Assembly (NCBI RefSeq): GCF_030144855.1
Contig: NC_082722.1
Span: 20,460,001-20,524,000, forward strand
Length of the DNA: 64,000 nt
Direction: 5' to 3'
Origin: Hypanus sabinus
Taxonomy: Eukaryota
Part shown: one piece after another, positions 38,365-49,680 of the stretch
Position numbering within the stretch: the stretch's first letter is position 1
Layout of the letters: every line of letters starts with the position of its first letter
Notes under the pieces: generated by a model
What the model was told of the DNA's origin: nothing
Seen by the model: the letters and a program-made list of their open reading frames with translations, nothing else
The model's database searches: none
Translations under genes and position numbers: made by a program

Positions 38365-41300
38365 TCAGCCTGCTAGAAGAACACAGTTAACACCGATAAC
38401 TGACACATAGGTCATAGTGACTATGAACATAAATCTAATTAGAAGTAAGGATTAAAAATTGTTGGAATGAAATTTTCTCTGCGCACAAAGATATTGCCCG
38501 TATATTATACCGGAGGGAGCATACCAAATTCATTTTAGGCTGGAAATCGCTACATTTACTATAGATTTCCAAACAACCAATTAAAAACTTCCTATCAATC
38601 CGCGGGTTTCTCAGTTGTCGCCATCTCTTTTGTTTCATCTCCTTTCTTATATCCCTTACGTACCTCTGAGGTTTGTGCATGGGCTTTATCCGATCCGTTT
38701 GTCTTACGCACCCCGTCAAATAATTTTAATGATCACCTTTCGTCCCCACGGTGCAATTAGAAACTGTGACCGTTAAAAGTCGCATTATTTAAGTTAAGAA
38801 GCTTGGAACAAATGACAAGACCTGATGTGCTTACGCAACTAAAGCAGCAAATATGGGAGAGGCATTTTGACCGCTGTTGAACTGATTGGTTTTGCTGGTG
38901 AATCAATTAAATTACGATAGAAATAAGTAGAGCAGTTGGACATGCTCGTTAAAATATATCGTTAAAATACCATTTGCCTGCTTGAAATAATGACATAGAA
39001 TTTCAGAGCAATATAGCCACAGTAAAAAAAAAATGATCTTGAACGTTCCAGCTTCAACTTAGATATTCCTGTCATTTGCAGTCCTTCATTTCAGGAAGTG
39101 CTCCGAGCGCTGATGGGAGTGGTACCGATTTCTACTACAAGGAAGCCAGTATTATATATGACAACCTTGCTTTGCTGATGTTGAAAGTTGCTGCAGCAAC
39201 TGTCGTTACGTAAAAGTAAAAATATCCGCTAAAATTGGAAAGGTGCTTAATGGAACACAGGAATACTTTTCCAGTTGTCGACCGATAAAGATTTAATATA
39301 TGCCAGCTGTGAGATATTTAATGACATTGAATTGCTGGAAATCTGAAGTAAAACAGACAAATAAAACACAAGGCAGATCAGGAAACACGAAAGCAAAGAT
39401 AAACAGTTAATCTTAAGGTTGCTGTCTGGGGACGGGTGTTGAATCTTAAGGGACAAATATTTCTTTACAAATATTTCTCCATCCAGAGGTTTTTGTTATC
39501 TGGTTTTTAATCCAAAATGGCAGATGACAACGCAATTGCATGTTTCCGTCATTTATTTCGAAATTTAGGATGATCATATTTCAGCGTAGCCTCATGGAGT
39601 ACGGGCTTTCGTTTGGGTATCAATGTGCACCAGATACTAAAAGGTTTAATTGGAAACATATTCGATTCCATTTCAGGATATGCACTGCAGTGTGAATCTT
39701 TGTTGGGAATCGGGGTTTAAAACTGCATATGACTTTCCAAAAAAAGATTTCGATTCATTTTTAAACTTGCTTACTGTGCGTTAAAAGCAAATGTAACATA
39801 TATTGCGAAATGATTCGTGCGTGTAATGTATTTTTTTATAGGCACTACACAGAGATTTTCGTAAACCGAAACTTGACATCTAAATATCTCCATCTTACAT
39901 TTGCATTTAATTATTCGTCACACGAAGTACGATTAACAGCTTAACACTCCATTAATAAATATTAAAGTGCCCCTTAATACGACCGGCTATGAACTGATGT
40001 GGAATCCTCAAAGACTACGGAAAGCAGATTCTACAGGAATCTACAGATGTACAGGAAACACATTGGACATATACTTCAAAATAAAGAGTAACAACAGAGA
40101 ATGGCTACACACTTCCCTACTGCGTTCCAAAATGTTATGGAACAAAATAAATTTATAATTTCTCGACTATGCATATACGTTGCTCTGAAAGAAGACGAGC
40201 CTCTTCACCCACCGTGTATTCATTCTGACATCCGTCCAAAGAACTTGTGTTTATCCCTTAAGAAAAACAAAATAATTTATTTGTATTGTAAAAATTGGGC
40301 ATTATTCGTTTGATCCCAATCAGTTTCATTGTGTAAGAGAAACTGCTGAAGAACGGATCTTTCAGAAAACATTTGGTCATATCAGTTATCCTAATAAAGT
40401 GTGCTCCGCGTCAAACCTCATGGCACTATGTTCAATAAGCTTTAACTTTTAACGAAGCCGTAACGTGATAACAGCATATCAGTGGCCGTGCTACATTTCA
40501 GTACTGTCGCTGAAATTGCAATTAAAATAACTGAGACATGCACGAGTTCGTCATTGCTCTTTAAGCTTCAAAAAATCGATCTGCCATTGTATTAAAAACA
40601 GCTGAAGAACTCCAACTTCAAAGAAAAGCATTTGTGAATTAGATGTGTAACACTTCGAGTGGACTGGTGAAATAGATGAATATTAAGATCTAGCTACTAT
40701 TATAACTGAATATTATCACTGAACTCTGACTTCGAAAATCGCGATCCTTATCCAATCATTTTGTAAAGGACATATACTGTTTTGAAGTTAAATATCATTA
40801 ACGCATCTGTTTGGACGAATAGACGTGATGATTCAGAGCGATCAGCGTTCTTACCGTTCGATCTCTTTAAGTTGACCGTCACCAAAACTATTATCAATGT
40901 TAAAATTGACAATCCGTCCACTGTATATGCGATAATCAATTTAGCGTCAGCGCCTTGTGGATGAATATGGGGGAAAACAAGAAACGGTGAAGCACTTATT
41001 AATCTAAATACAAATGCACACATGAGTTTCAACAATGCAAAATATTTCATAGGCTCGTTTCGAATCTCACTACACACGATCGGAAAACATACCGTAAGAT
41101 ACATAGAAGCATAGAAACATAGAAAATAGGTGCAGGAGTAGGCCATTCGGCACTTCGAGCCTGCACAGCCATTCAGTATGATCATGGCTGATCAACCAAC
41201 TCAGAACCCTATACCTGCTTTCTCTCCATACCCCCTGATCCCTTTAGCCACAAGGGCCATATCTAACTTCCTCTTAAGTATAGCCAATGAATCGGCCTCA

Positions 41301-44300
41301 ACTGTTTCCTGTGGCAGAGAATTCCTCAGATTCACCACTCTCTGTGTGAAGAAGTTTTTCCTCATCTCGGTCATAAAAGGATTCCCCTTTATCCTTGAAC
41401 TGTGACCTCTCGTTCTGGACTTCCCCAACTTCGGAAACAATCTTCCTGCATCTAGCCTGTCCAATTCCCTTTAGAAATTTATACGTTTCAATAAGATCTC
41501 CCCTCAATCTTCTAAATTCCAGTGATTATAAGCCTAGCCGATCCAGTATTTCTTCATATGAAAGTCCTGTCATCCCAGGAATCAGTTTGGTGAACCTTCT
41601 TTGTACTCCCTCTATGGCAAGAATGTCTTTCCTCAGATTAGGGGACCAAAACTGCACACAATATTCTGGGTGTGGTCTCACCAAGGCCTTGTACAACTGC
41701 TGTAGAATCTCCAAGCTCCTGTACACAAATCCTTTTGCTATGAATGCCAACATACCATTTGCTTTTTTCACCGCCTGCTGCACCTGCATGCCCACCTTCA
41801 ATGACTGGTGAACAATGACACCCAGGTCTCGTTGCATCTCCGCTTTTCCTAATCGGCCACCGTTCAGATAATAATCTGTTTCCCTGTTCTCGCAACCAAA
41901 GTGGATAACCTCACATTTATCCACATTATATTGCATCTGCCATTAATTTGCCCACTCAACTAGCCTATCCAAGACACCCAGCATCCGGTTAGCATCCTCC
42001 TCACAGCTAACACTGCCGCCCAGCTTCGTGTCATCCGCAAACTTGGAGATGCTGCACTTAATTTCCTCGTCTTAATCATTTATATTGTAAACAACTGGGG
42101 ACCCAGCACTGAGACTTGCGGTACCCCACTAGTCACAACGAAATACATATTCCCACAGTTTTTATATCACTATGTGCTTTAGAGTTTGTTTTACATTTTC
42201 ATATCTTTCATTTTTTAGCAAATGTCCAGAAATTTGTTACTTTAAACTATTGCACGAATTCAATTTCTTCATTTATGCTACACGATTTACACAGAGGAGA
42301 ACAACACAATAGCTTTTGAACATCTTTCTCGTTTACTATTCGCTATCAGTTACTGATCTTGTAAATTAGCCATTCTTCTGGGTTTGGGTAGCTGTTCACT
42401 TACTCTTCTTACATGATCTCACTGACTCCACCACTATGACCCATATGCGCTTCTATCTTATATTGATGGCAAAAGATTCTGAACATGCTGAAATACAGAG
42501 TTATACAGAAAATCCTGGAAGAACTCCGACGACCAGGCACATCTAATGTCTGGACATTTAAGGCCGAGACCAAGCATCATGACTTCATCAAGACACCAGC
42601 TTACCTTGCTCCAGAATGTAGCTGAAACAGGCAGGCATCGTGAGGGAGACATGCGACACCAGACAGATGTAAACATCTTTTCCCCAACCAGACTGATTAA
42701 CTTCCAATGAACTGTAAGCCTCGTATAAACCCTCCGCGGTCCGGTTTATCACTGTTTCTCTTCCACTGCGAATTTGCCTGTTATTTTTTTGCCAGACGAT
42801 TTCTAATTCCTTTGGGTAGAAGGCAGCTGTTTTACAGAGGAGCTGCCGAGGAGACGAAAATTCTCCAATAGGAACGATTACCAATGGAGTTGGTGGAGCT
42901 TGAATAAAAAGATAGTTACATGGGTGTTTACCATCCATTTAGTTAAAATAAATTCCTTTATCTTCCTGCCAATTACAATATCTCACTATCAAATTAATTA
43001 CCCGTCATAGGTTACCATCATTTTATAAATTATTTTAAGTTCTAGTTCAAGTTCAGAGTTGTTAAAACAGACAGATGTAAATGGCTAAATGAAGCATCCG
43101 TCTTCTTGGGTCAACTGCAAAATACAGTCCATGTATTTCCACACAGCACGTACAGGCACCATCCCGCACAAACAGTGCAAAATAAACAAAATAAGCTCGA
43201 GACATCGTGCAGAGACAGATGAAAGGAAGAATTCGAAGAAGATACCGAGAAGAAGAATCTAAGTTGTGCAAAGTGAAGAAGACGCTCAGTTTTGAATGGT
43301 CTTTCAGCTTTATCACACGATTGTGTTTGCTGCAGCCCATTGGCTTTGCAGAATGTTCCTTTCTGCCTTTATTTCATTTCTAATCAAAACTGAACTACAA
43401 ACCCAAAATATGACAGATTTCCACAGTTCGAACGCAATATGCATATGCATACACATATGTGTTATGTTTTAACTATTTTGGCAACTCATTTGTTTAGCTA
43501 GTTTATCAGAGCTTGCGTTGGATATTTCTAGTCATCAGCATTCACTGATAGAGTTTTGTTCGGAAAGTAATTCACTGCTGGAAAATTTCTCCCGTATTTA
43601 ATGCGTTGAATATGACAAATCGTATCCTCCATGAAACATCTTGGAAAGCAAATGCGAAGTTGATTCTACATTTCTATTCTTTCATAAACCTGTCGGCCTG
43701 CAACAAAATGGTCGACAGTGACCTGGCACTGCTATACGAAAGATGATGCCCCGCAGAGAGGCAACCCAGGAGCTGAGCAAATTCCGCTTCTCCCTGCAGA
43801 GATTTCACTCAAATGTGAGCCCAAAATTCACGATTTTGTAAACGTGGACTGCTCCTCTACAATAATGGTCCGTATCTAACTTAGGAAAGTCTATTGTCAA
43901 ATTGCTTTATCAATGTGTCACAGCATTTAGCATTTCGCTCTGCCTACAATGGCCATCCTGAGCTCACGGTTGCCCGCACAGCACTGCCACAGACCAAATA
44001 TGGAATACAGATGTTTACGTGCTTGTTGCTGTAAGGCAGATTAGTTTGTATAAGTCGTCAGGGTCCGAGATGGAGTCCCATCCGACCTTTTTGGGAGGGT
44101 TGTGTAGAATGTTAAGGTGCCTTGATAGAGGTATTCAAAATGCCCTGACCCACCGGTGACCTGCTGGAGGACTAGATATGACTAATATTTTATAGTTGTT
44201 CAAGAAAGACTCCAAGAATACACCGGGATCTCTTAGGATGGTGAGCACGACCCTTGTAAAAGGTAACTAGTTGGAAATATTCCAAGTAACAGAACACATA

Positions 44301-46077
44301 ACTATTTAGATAGGAATAGGACTATTTATCAAGATTATGTGCATGGTAAGTAGTGTCTAGCTAACTTGAATGGCTTTTCGAGGAACTTACCTGAGATTAT
44401 GGTGAAGGAAATGCAGTGGAAGTTGTGTACATGGCAAACCCCTTGGCAAAGTCCGGAATGAGAGTCTCATCAAGGAGGTTCGGTTAGCATTCAGGATGAA
44501 GTAGTAAAATGAATTTAACATTGGCTTGACAGGAAAGCTAGGAAGTGGTAGTAGACGGCTATTCTCTGATCATTGACCTATATCTGGAGGTGTACCGTGG
44601 GGAGTGGTGCTGGTTCTGGTTATGTTTTTAGTTGTTCATCTTTATTAATGATTTGTATGATAATGAATTAAACTAGTTCAAGTATTTGGTAGATCTGGAC
44701 AGTGGGGAACGTTTGCAGTGAGATATGGCACAGCTGTATAAGTGGTCTGTAAAATGACAGGTGGAATTTATTAAATTTCGAATTCCATTTGTGTTCAACT
44801 CTCTACCCTTTACATTATAACCCTATAAAATTCACCTGGGTATTGCGATTTCTATTTTCCTCTCTCTATTGAATGGGGAAAGAGGTATAGATTTTGAGAA
44901 ATTTTGCAAAACACGTTTGAATTGATTATTTGCGGCATGTGCGACAAATAGATACATTAGAATAATTACTTTTTATCCGAGTATTATTCCCGACTTTGTA
45001 ATCTTGACATACGCTATAAGAGAGCTGATAAAATTGTTCATAATTTGCATCCTGTGTATTGCGAAATCGAGCAATCCAACTACAACCACTCACATTAGTA
45101 ACAATATTATTTCAATATCTTGTTAAGAGAGCAAACATCACCTCACTTGAAAGTTAATTCCTTGTTTTTGAAACACCTTCCCAATAATAATGCTAAAATC
45201 GATGGGTATCACTAACTTTGCACATTAGCTTTAAATGGGAGATAGCCAATCGATAGGTCTAACCTAACAGCAGTAATAAGCAGTATGGCACAACTAACAG
45301 AATAAACGTTATTTCTCGCCCGATTGCCTGAATTGTGATTATTTTCTTCAGTTCTTTTTAACCCTAGAATTGGAGTTTGTAGAATGCTTTTTCTTACCGC
45401 GAGAAACAAATCCACCCTCGCAGTTTGTTTTATCAAGTAGCAACATTTCATATTACTCTCATTAGCAGGTTTAATGTAAATGGAAAAGAGACAAAAAATC
45501 TCCTCGCAGCCGCACTCACCGTACACAGAGAGCTTGGAGCCACTTCCATTCCAGAAAGATCGTTCCTGATACTTTACTCCACAGTAGTACATTCCGGAGT
45601 CGTCGAATTTCACATCCAGAAGAATAAGTTTTTCGCTTGGCTTTTCGTGAATGAATTGCTTTCTGCTGTCCGTTTCTAAAAATGCATTCTCGCCCTCCTT
45701 CCACCAAAGAACGTTAACAGTATCTTTTGATATTGGAGGATTGCAGTACATGGTAACATTCGATCCGCCCGGAACCTCCACGTTCTTAGGGAATTGATAG
45801 ACTCTGAACCCAGGTACTTCGACTGCTGTCGGAAAAAAAAGAAAACGAGAGCATTAATAACAGCTACACAGAGGGAATAAACAGGATCGGAAAGACGCAC
45901 TGTAAGTTACTGTAAGAGCCAAGGAATACCGAATTGCTCAACCACTGAAACTAAGTATGCAGCGGGTAAATTTTCTAAAATAGAATACTCAGTTCTGCAA
46001 CGGAACATATAACTTAGCATACACAGAAAAGTAATAGCCAGAAGCGCCATGTACGAAACCGTAAATTTCTCCGACAT
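38365..46077 (-). CDS. Gene B: non-rearranging V(J)-C1-TM Ig-superfamily receptor (NCR3/SIRP-like architecture), about 243-267 aa depending on start codon and tail exon
   Basis: join of 46023-46050 (or 46077), 45520-45825, 42605-42898, 40855-40953 and a tail exon. GT-AG junctions, all phase 1, open frame across all four exons. Tail exon unresolved: candidates start at 39342 (DFQQFNVIKYLTAGIY*), 38558 (VNVAISSLK*) or 38369 (G*). Confidence 0.85.
40855..40953 (-). CDS. Gene B transmembrane exon, (G)ADAKLIIAYTVDGLSILTLIIVLVTVNLKRSN(G)
   Basis: 99 nt, acceptor cccatattcatccacaAG, donor GTAAG, phase 1-1; hydrophobic span followed by KR. Confidence 0.88.
41100..42135 (-). mobile_element. Comparatively young 5'-truncated CR1 in the C1-TM intron
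   Basis: Open 136-aa ORF 41526-41936 (QYNVDKCEVIHFG..VRPHPEYCVQFWSP); catagaagcatagaaacatagaaa tail at about 41102. Confidence 0.95.
42605..42898 (-). CDS. Gene B C1-set Ig domain exon
   Basis: 294 nt, acceptor tttttattcaAG, donor GTAAG. C1 signature L-L-C..FYP..I-V-W..G-L-Y..S-S-L-E-V..W..Y-I-C-L-V-S-H. N-glycosylation sequons NRT and NQS; an extra Cys in PACF. Confidence 0.95.
44080..44770 (+). mobile_element. Old CR1 RT fragment in the V-C1 intron
   Basis: Degenerate gcagtggaagttgtgtacatgg and ggtgtaccgtggggagtggtgctgg motifs. Confidence 0.75.
45520..45825 (-). CDS. Gene B V-type Ig exon with germline-joined J-like G strand
   Basis: 306 nt, acceptor ttttttttccgacAG, donor GTGAGT. VEVPGFRVYQFPKNVEVPGGSNVTMYC..VLWWKE..LILLDVKFDDSGMYYCGVKYQERSFWNGSGSKLSVY. 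Confidence 0.95.
46023..46077 (-). CDS. Gene B leader exon, (MSEKFTVSY)MALLAITFL
   Basis: In-frame ATGs at 46077 and 46050; phase-1 donor t|GTATGC. Joining to the V exon gives MALLAITFLSVEVPG, a plausible signal peptide ending before FRVYQ. Confidence 0.7.
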
Positions 46078-46214
46078 ATTGCAGCAACCGAACTGAGTAA
46101 TTTTGCAATGCCAGTGGTGTTCTGAATAGTTTGTGGAAGACATAGAAATTCAAGAGTAAATGTATGAACCCTGTGATCATGACGTAGGGATGACGCCCCA
46201 CCTAGGCAGAATAG

Positions 46215-46795
46215 TCAAGTCAAATCAAGTCACTTTTTATTGTCATTTCGACCATAACTGCTGGTACAGTACATAGTAAAATTGAGACAACGTTTTTCAG
46301 GACCATTGTGTTACATGACACAGTACAAAAACTAGACCAAACTACGTAAAAAAAAACAACACAGAGAAAGCTACACTAGACTAGAGACCTACGCAGGACT
46401 GCATAAAGTGCACAAAAACGTTGCAGGCATTACAGTAAATAATAAACAGGACAATAGGTGTCAGACAAGGCTTTTGGTATTGAGGAGTCTGATAGCTTGG
46501 AGGAAGAGCCTGTTACATAGTCTGACGTGAGAGTCCGAATATTTCGGAGCCTTTTCCCAGACGCAGGAGGGAAGAAAATTGTATGAGGGGTTCATGGGGT
46601 TCTTCAAAATGCTGTTTCCTTTGCGGATGCAGCGTGTAGTGTAAATGTCCGTGAAGGCAGGAAGAGAAACCCCGATTATCTTCTCAACTGACCTTACTAT
46701 CCACTGCAGGGTCTTGTGATCCGAAATGGTGTTATTTCCGAACCAAGCAGTGATGCAGTTGCTCAGGATGCTCTCAATACAACCCCTGCAGAATG
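46215..46795 (-). mobile_element. Rex1/Babar-type LINE 3' fragment immediately upstream of gene B
   Basis: (caagt)n tail at about 46215; clearly similar to the 54225-55060 copy. Confidence 0.85.
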
Positions 46796-47399
46796 TGTTT
46801 CAAATATAATTATACTGGGCAGACAGGGCAGTGAATGTTCTTTCTTTTTCAATTGTTATATGGCTATCGAGTATTTCGAAATTATGTTTGGATTTTGTGC
46901 TCTATGCTGAGATCAGAAATTATCCAGTTCTTTATTGAGAACTAAATTCAAATCTGTGCTCTGCCAAGTGAATCCAAATAGGGAAATCCACCTTGGAGTC
47001 ATATATATCTGATAAAGTTAGCGGTTTTGAACTGGATGGCTAAGATAGTACCAGTGACCAATATGACTAACAGCGACATCTTGAAGGCATTCACTAATTT
47101 CTTTTTCTTTTTCTTCTCCTTCTTTTAAAAGATCACTTAAAATTTTACTAATGCGTCCGCGGTTGGAGCCTATAATAAACAAATCGATAATGTGTCTTCG
47201 GCCGACTGAGGGATCTGGCGCTTTTGGTCTCTCCGAAGGGATTCGGCGTAGTTGAGAGAGATGTTGAGAACGGAATATGTGGCTTGCTGGTGGATCCAAT
47301 CGGCTCCGTTATTCGCCCATCTCACAATAAAAGCGTCGAGCAAGATTAAAATTAAACGAGGACGATAGCGCAAAGCGAACAGGTGTTCAAAGCATCTGC

Positions 47400-47875
47400 C
47401 TGCTTTGAACTCGTCTCCCTCTCCTCCTCGATTACCGAAAGAAGATCATAGAATCTTGGATGGTGCGCAAGGTGTGATCGGCACGAGTTGTGGATTGGAT
47501 TCATTTTAGAGGACTATAGAGGGTCATGTTTTGTGTGTTTAAGTTTACACCATTTTTGTTGTTATTTTGCGCGATTTTGATGGAGCACTTCTACGCGAAT
47601 TGGTTCTACGGTCGGCAGAGAAATTTTACAGCAAACCGATCTACTTCGAACATTCCGAGAGTGTTTAAGGACACTGGTTTGGCGTTTACTACTGTGTGTG
47701 CTATTCGTTCTTTTCTGCCGTCTGCACAATCTGTTCCTTTATTTTCGTTGGATATTTGATTATCTATTTCCATGGTGATTCTTTGTTCCGTAGCTACTTG
47801 TGGGTAAACAAATCTTAGGATTGGATACTGCTTACATACTCTGATAACAAACGTACATTGAACTTGAATTTGACA
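47400..47875 (+). mobile_element. Probable LINE 3' UTR fragment
   Basis: Ends in gataacaaacgtacattgaacttgaatttga, resembling an (aacttg)n LINE tail; family not established. Confidence 0.45.
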
Positions 47876-49069
47876 AAAATAATAACAAACTTCTTTCACT
47901 CCAATTTAGCATCGCTGTGTTCCGTTTCAATCATATTCCATCGGTCAATTATCATCCCGTTGGTGTCGCACCGCAAACCTAACAACACTCCCGCCACCTT
48001 CATATCCTCTGATTATATTATAATTCATCACCCTCTTCCGTTCGTGCAAGGAGATTCTGGAGCTCCAAACTGAATATGGATAGCCATAATTTCTATCGTT
48101 CCTATAATCACCATTGCAGTAACGTTTGCAGAAAACGGGGAGAGTAAGTGCGCTCTTACGTTAAAAAAGGCTTTAATCCATGACGGGTCAGGGGGGTGTT
48201 GCATAAATTGACATTTTTTTTCTCCTGATAATTTCCTTCAGGGTTTGCCATAAAACACCGACTGCTGAACTACTGTTTAATACCGGAAAACAAAATCGAA
48301 ATAAAAATGATAAATAGACTGGTTTGAACAGGAAGTACATTCCCTCGGACACCGTCATTCACATATCTCCAGTACAATGTGTGATTTTGGATTCAAAATG
48401 TTCATTGAACTGCGCAAGGAAACCGACAAATTGTCGAGCAGTTGGTCTATTACTTCAGTAAATTTTATCTAATTTAAATCCTTCATCATTTGGAGGCAGT
48501 ATACATTTTATGAAACAAAAGCATAATAATATGTAAACTTCATAAACTTATTCTAGCGATTTTTTGACGTTTTATGTACAAATTCGGCCACATGGTACTC
48601 AGCTTCCTCGGTCACTACTTTTCCCATTTCGCACCTATAAGGCGAGAAGTAACAAGTGGCGTCTCTGATAGAAAAAAAAAGATACCCGATATAACGTGCT
48701 GATCACAATGAAGAGACTGTTTAACCTGTACGATATTCAGTTTAATGATGATGGTAACCCAGAGATTCAGGAAGTATTGCGACAAAATCTATAAAAGGGG
48801 CATCGAGGACACCTCAACTGATTGAATACAGTTCCGAGGCTCCATTTCAAATCCAATTATTACGAGCTGAACTTGGAGTAATGCTACTATTTTAAGCATC
48901 ACAAATTTGCAAAACGTAACAGTGAGACAGAAGGAGAATCAATCGGAACTATTGTTTATCCCGGTATAGACAAAATAGTCATTCGAATAATTAGCATACA
49001 ACCATTTGTCTGACCCGGCGGCGTATACACTCTTACCCGTTTCTAAAATGAGAATGTATAATATTCGTG

Positions 49070-49680
49070 AAAGCGTCGAGGTTGGTGGTGGAACAATGCT
49101 GAGCTTCTTATAAAGGAGTAAAGACTCTGATTACCGATCCGATCGCCACGCCACTTTGAGCAGTTATGCAACCGGAATCGCCATGAATCGGTAGGGCCGT
49201 TCTGCTGTTTTCATTGACACGTAATCTCCATCATTGAATTGCATCTCCTGCCCTCTCAGAAGTGAAATCGTATAGGTGCGTCCAGCGTGAAGTTGTTCAC
49301 AGTTGGCACATAGTTTGTGCATTGGATGCCCCTGGATGTAATTAAAGTCGGGTTGTTGAGGAGTTTTTCCAGGGGAGGATGAATCAATGCCGAGCTTCCA
49401 ATTGCTTCCTACGAACAGAGTCAGCATTCCGATAACCGTGCCGATCGCCACGCCATTTTACCCAGTTGTGCATCGGGAATTTCCACAAATCATTTGGGAT
49501 ATTATGTGCCTTTATAGACATATTGTCGCCATTATTGAATTCCATCTCATGTCCTCTTACAATTCAAATCTATCGCAGAAACACGTGTTACGTCTATTAG
49601 TCCAGCTGGATGTAATTGAGGTGGGGGGGTTGAGGATGTTGGCTGGAAGAGGACACTGACATTGTTAATCTTATCCTGCT
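49070..49680. repeat. Diverged tandem repeat, period 302 bp, about 2 copies plus a partial
   Basis: cgatcgccacgcca at 49140 and 49442; caatgc[t/c]gagcttc at about 49094 and 49386; ctggatgtaatt and gttgagga in both full units. Confidence 0.85.

Noticed and set aside
45212-45519. ORF-track extension of the V ORF to 189 aa
   Set aside because: Read-through into the intron past the strong GTGAGT donor at 45519.
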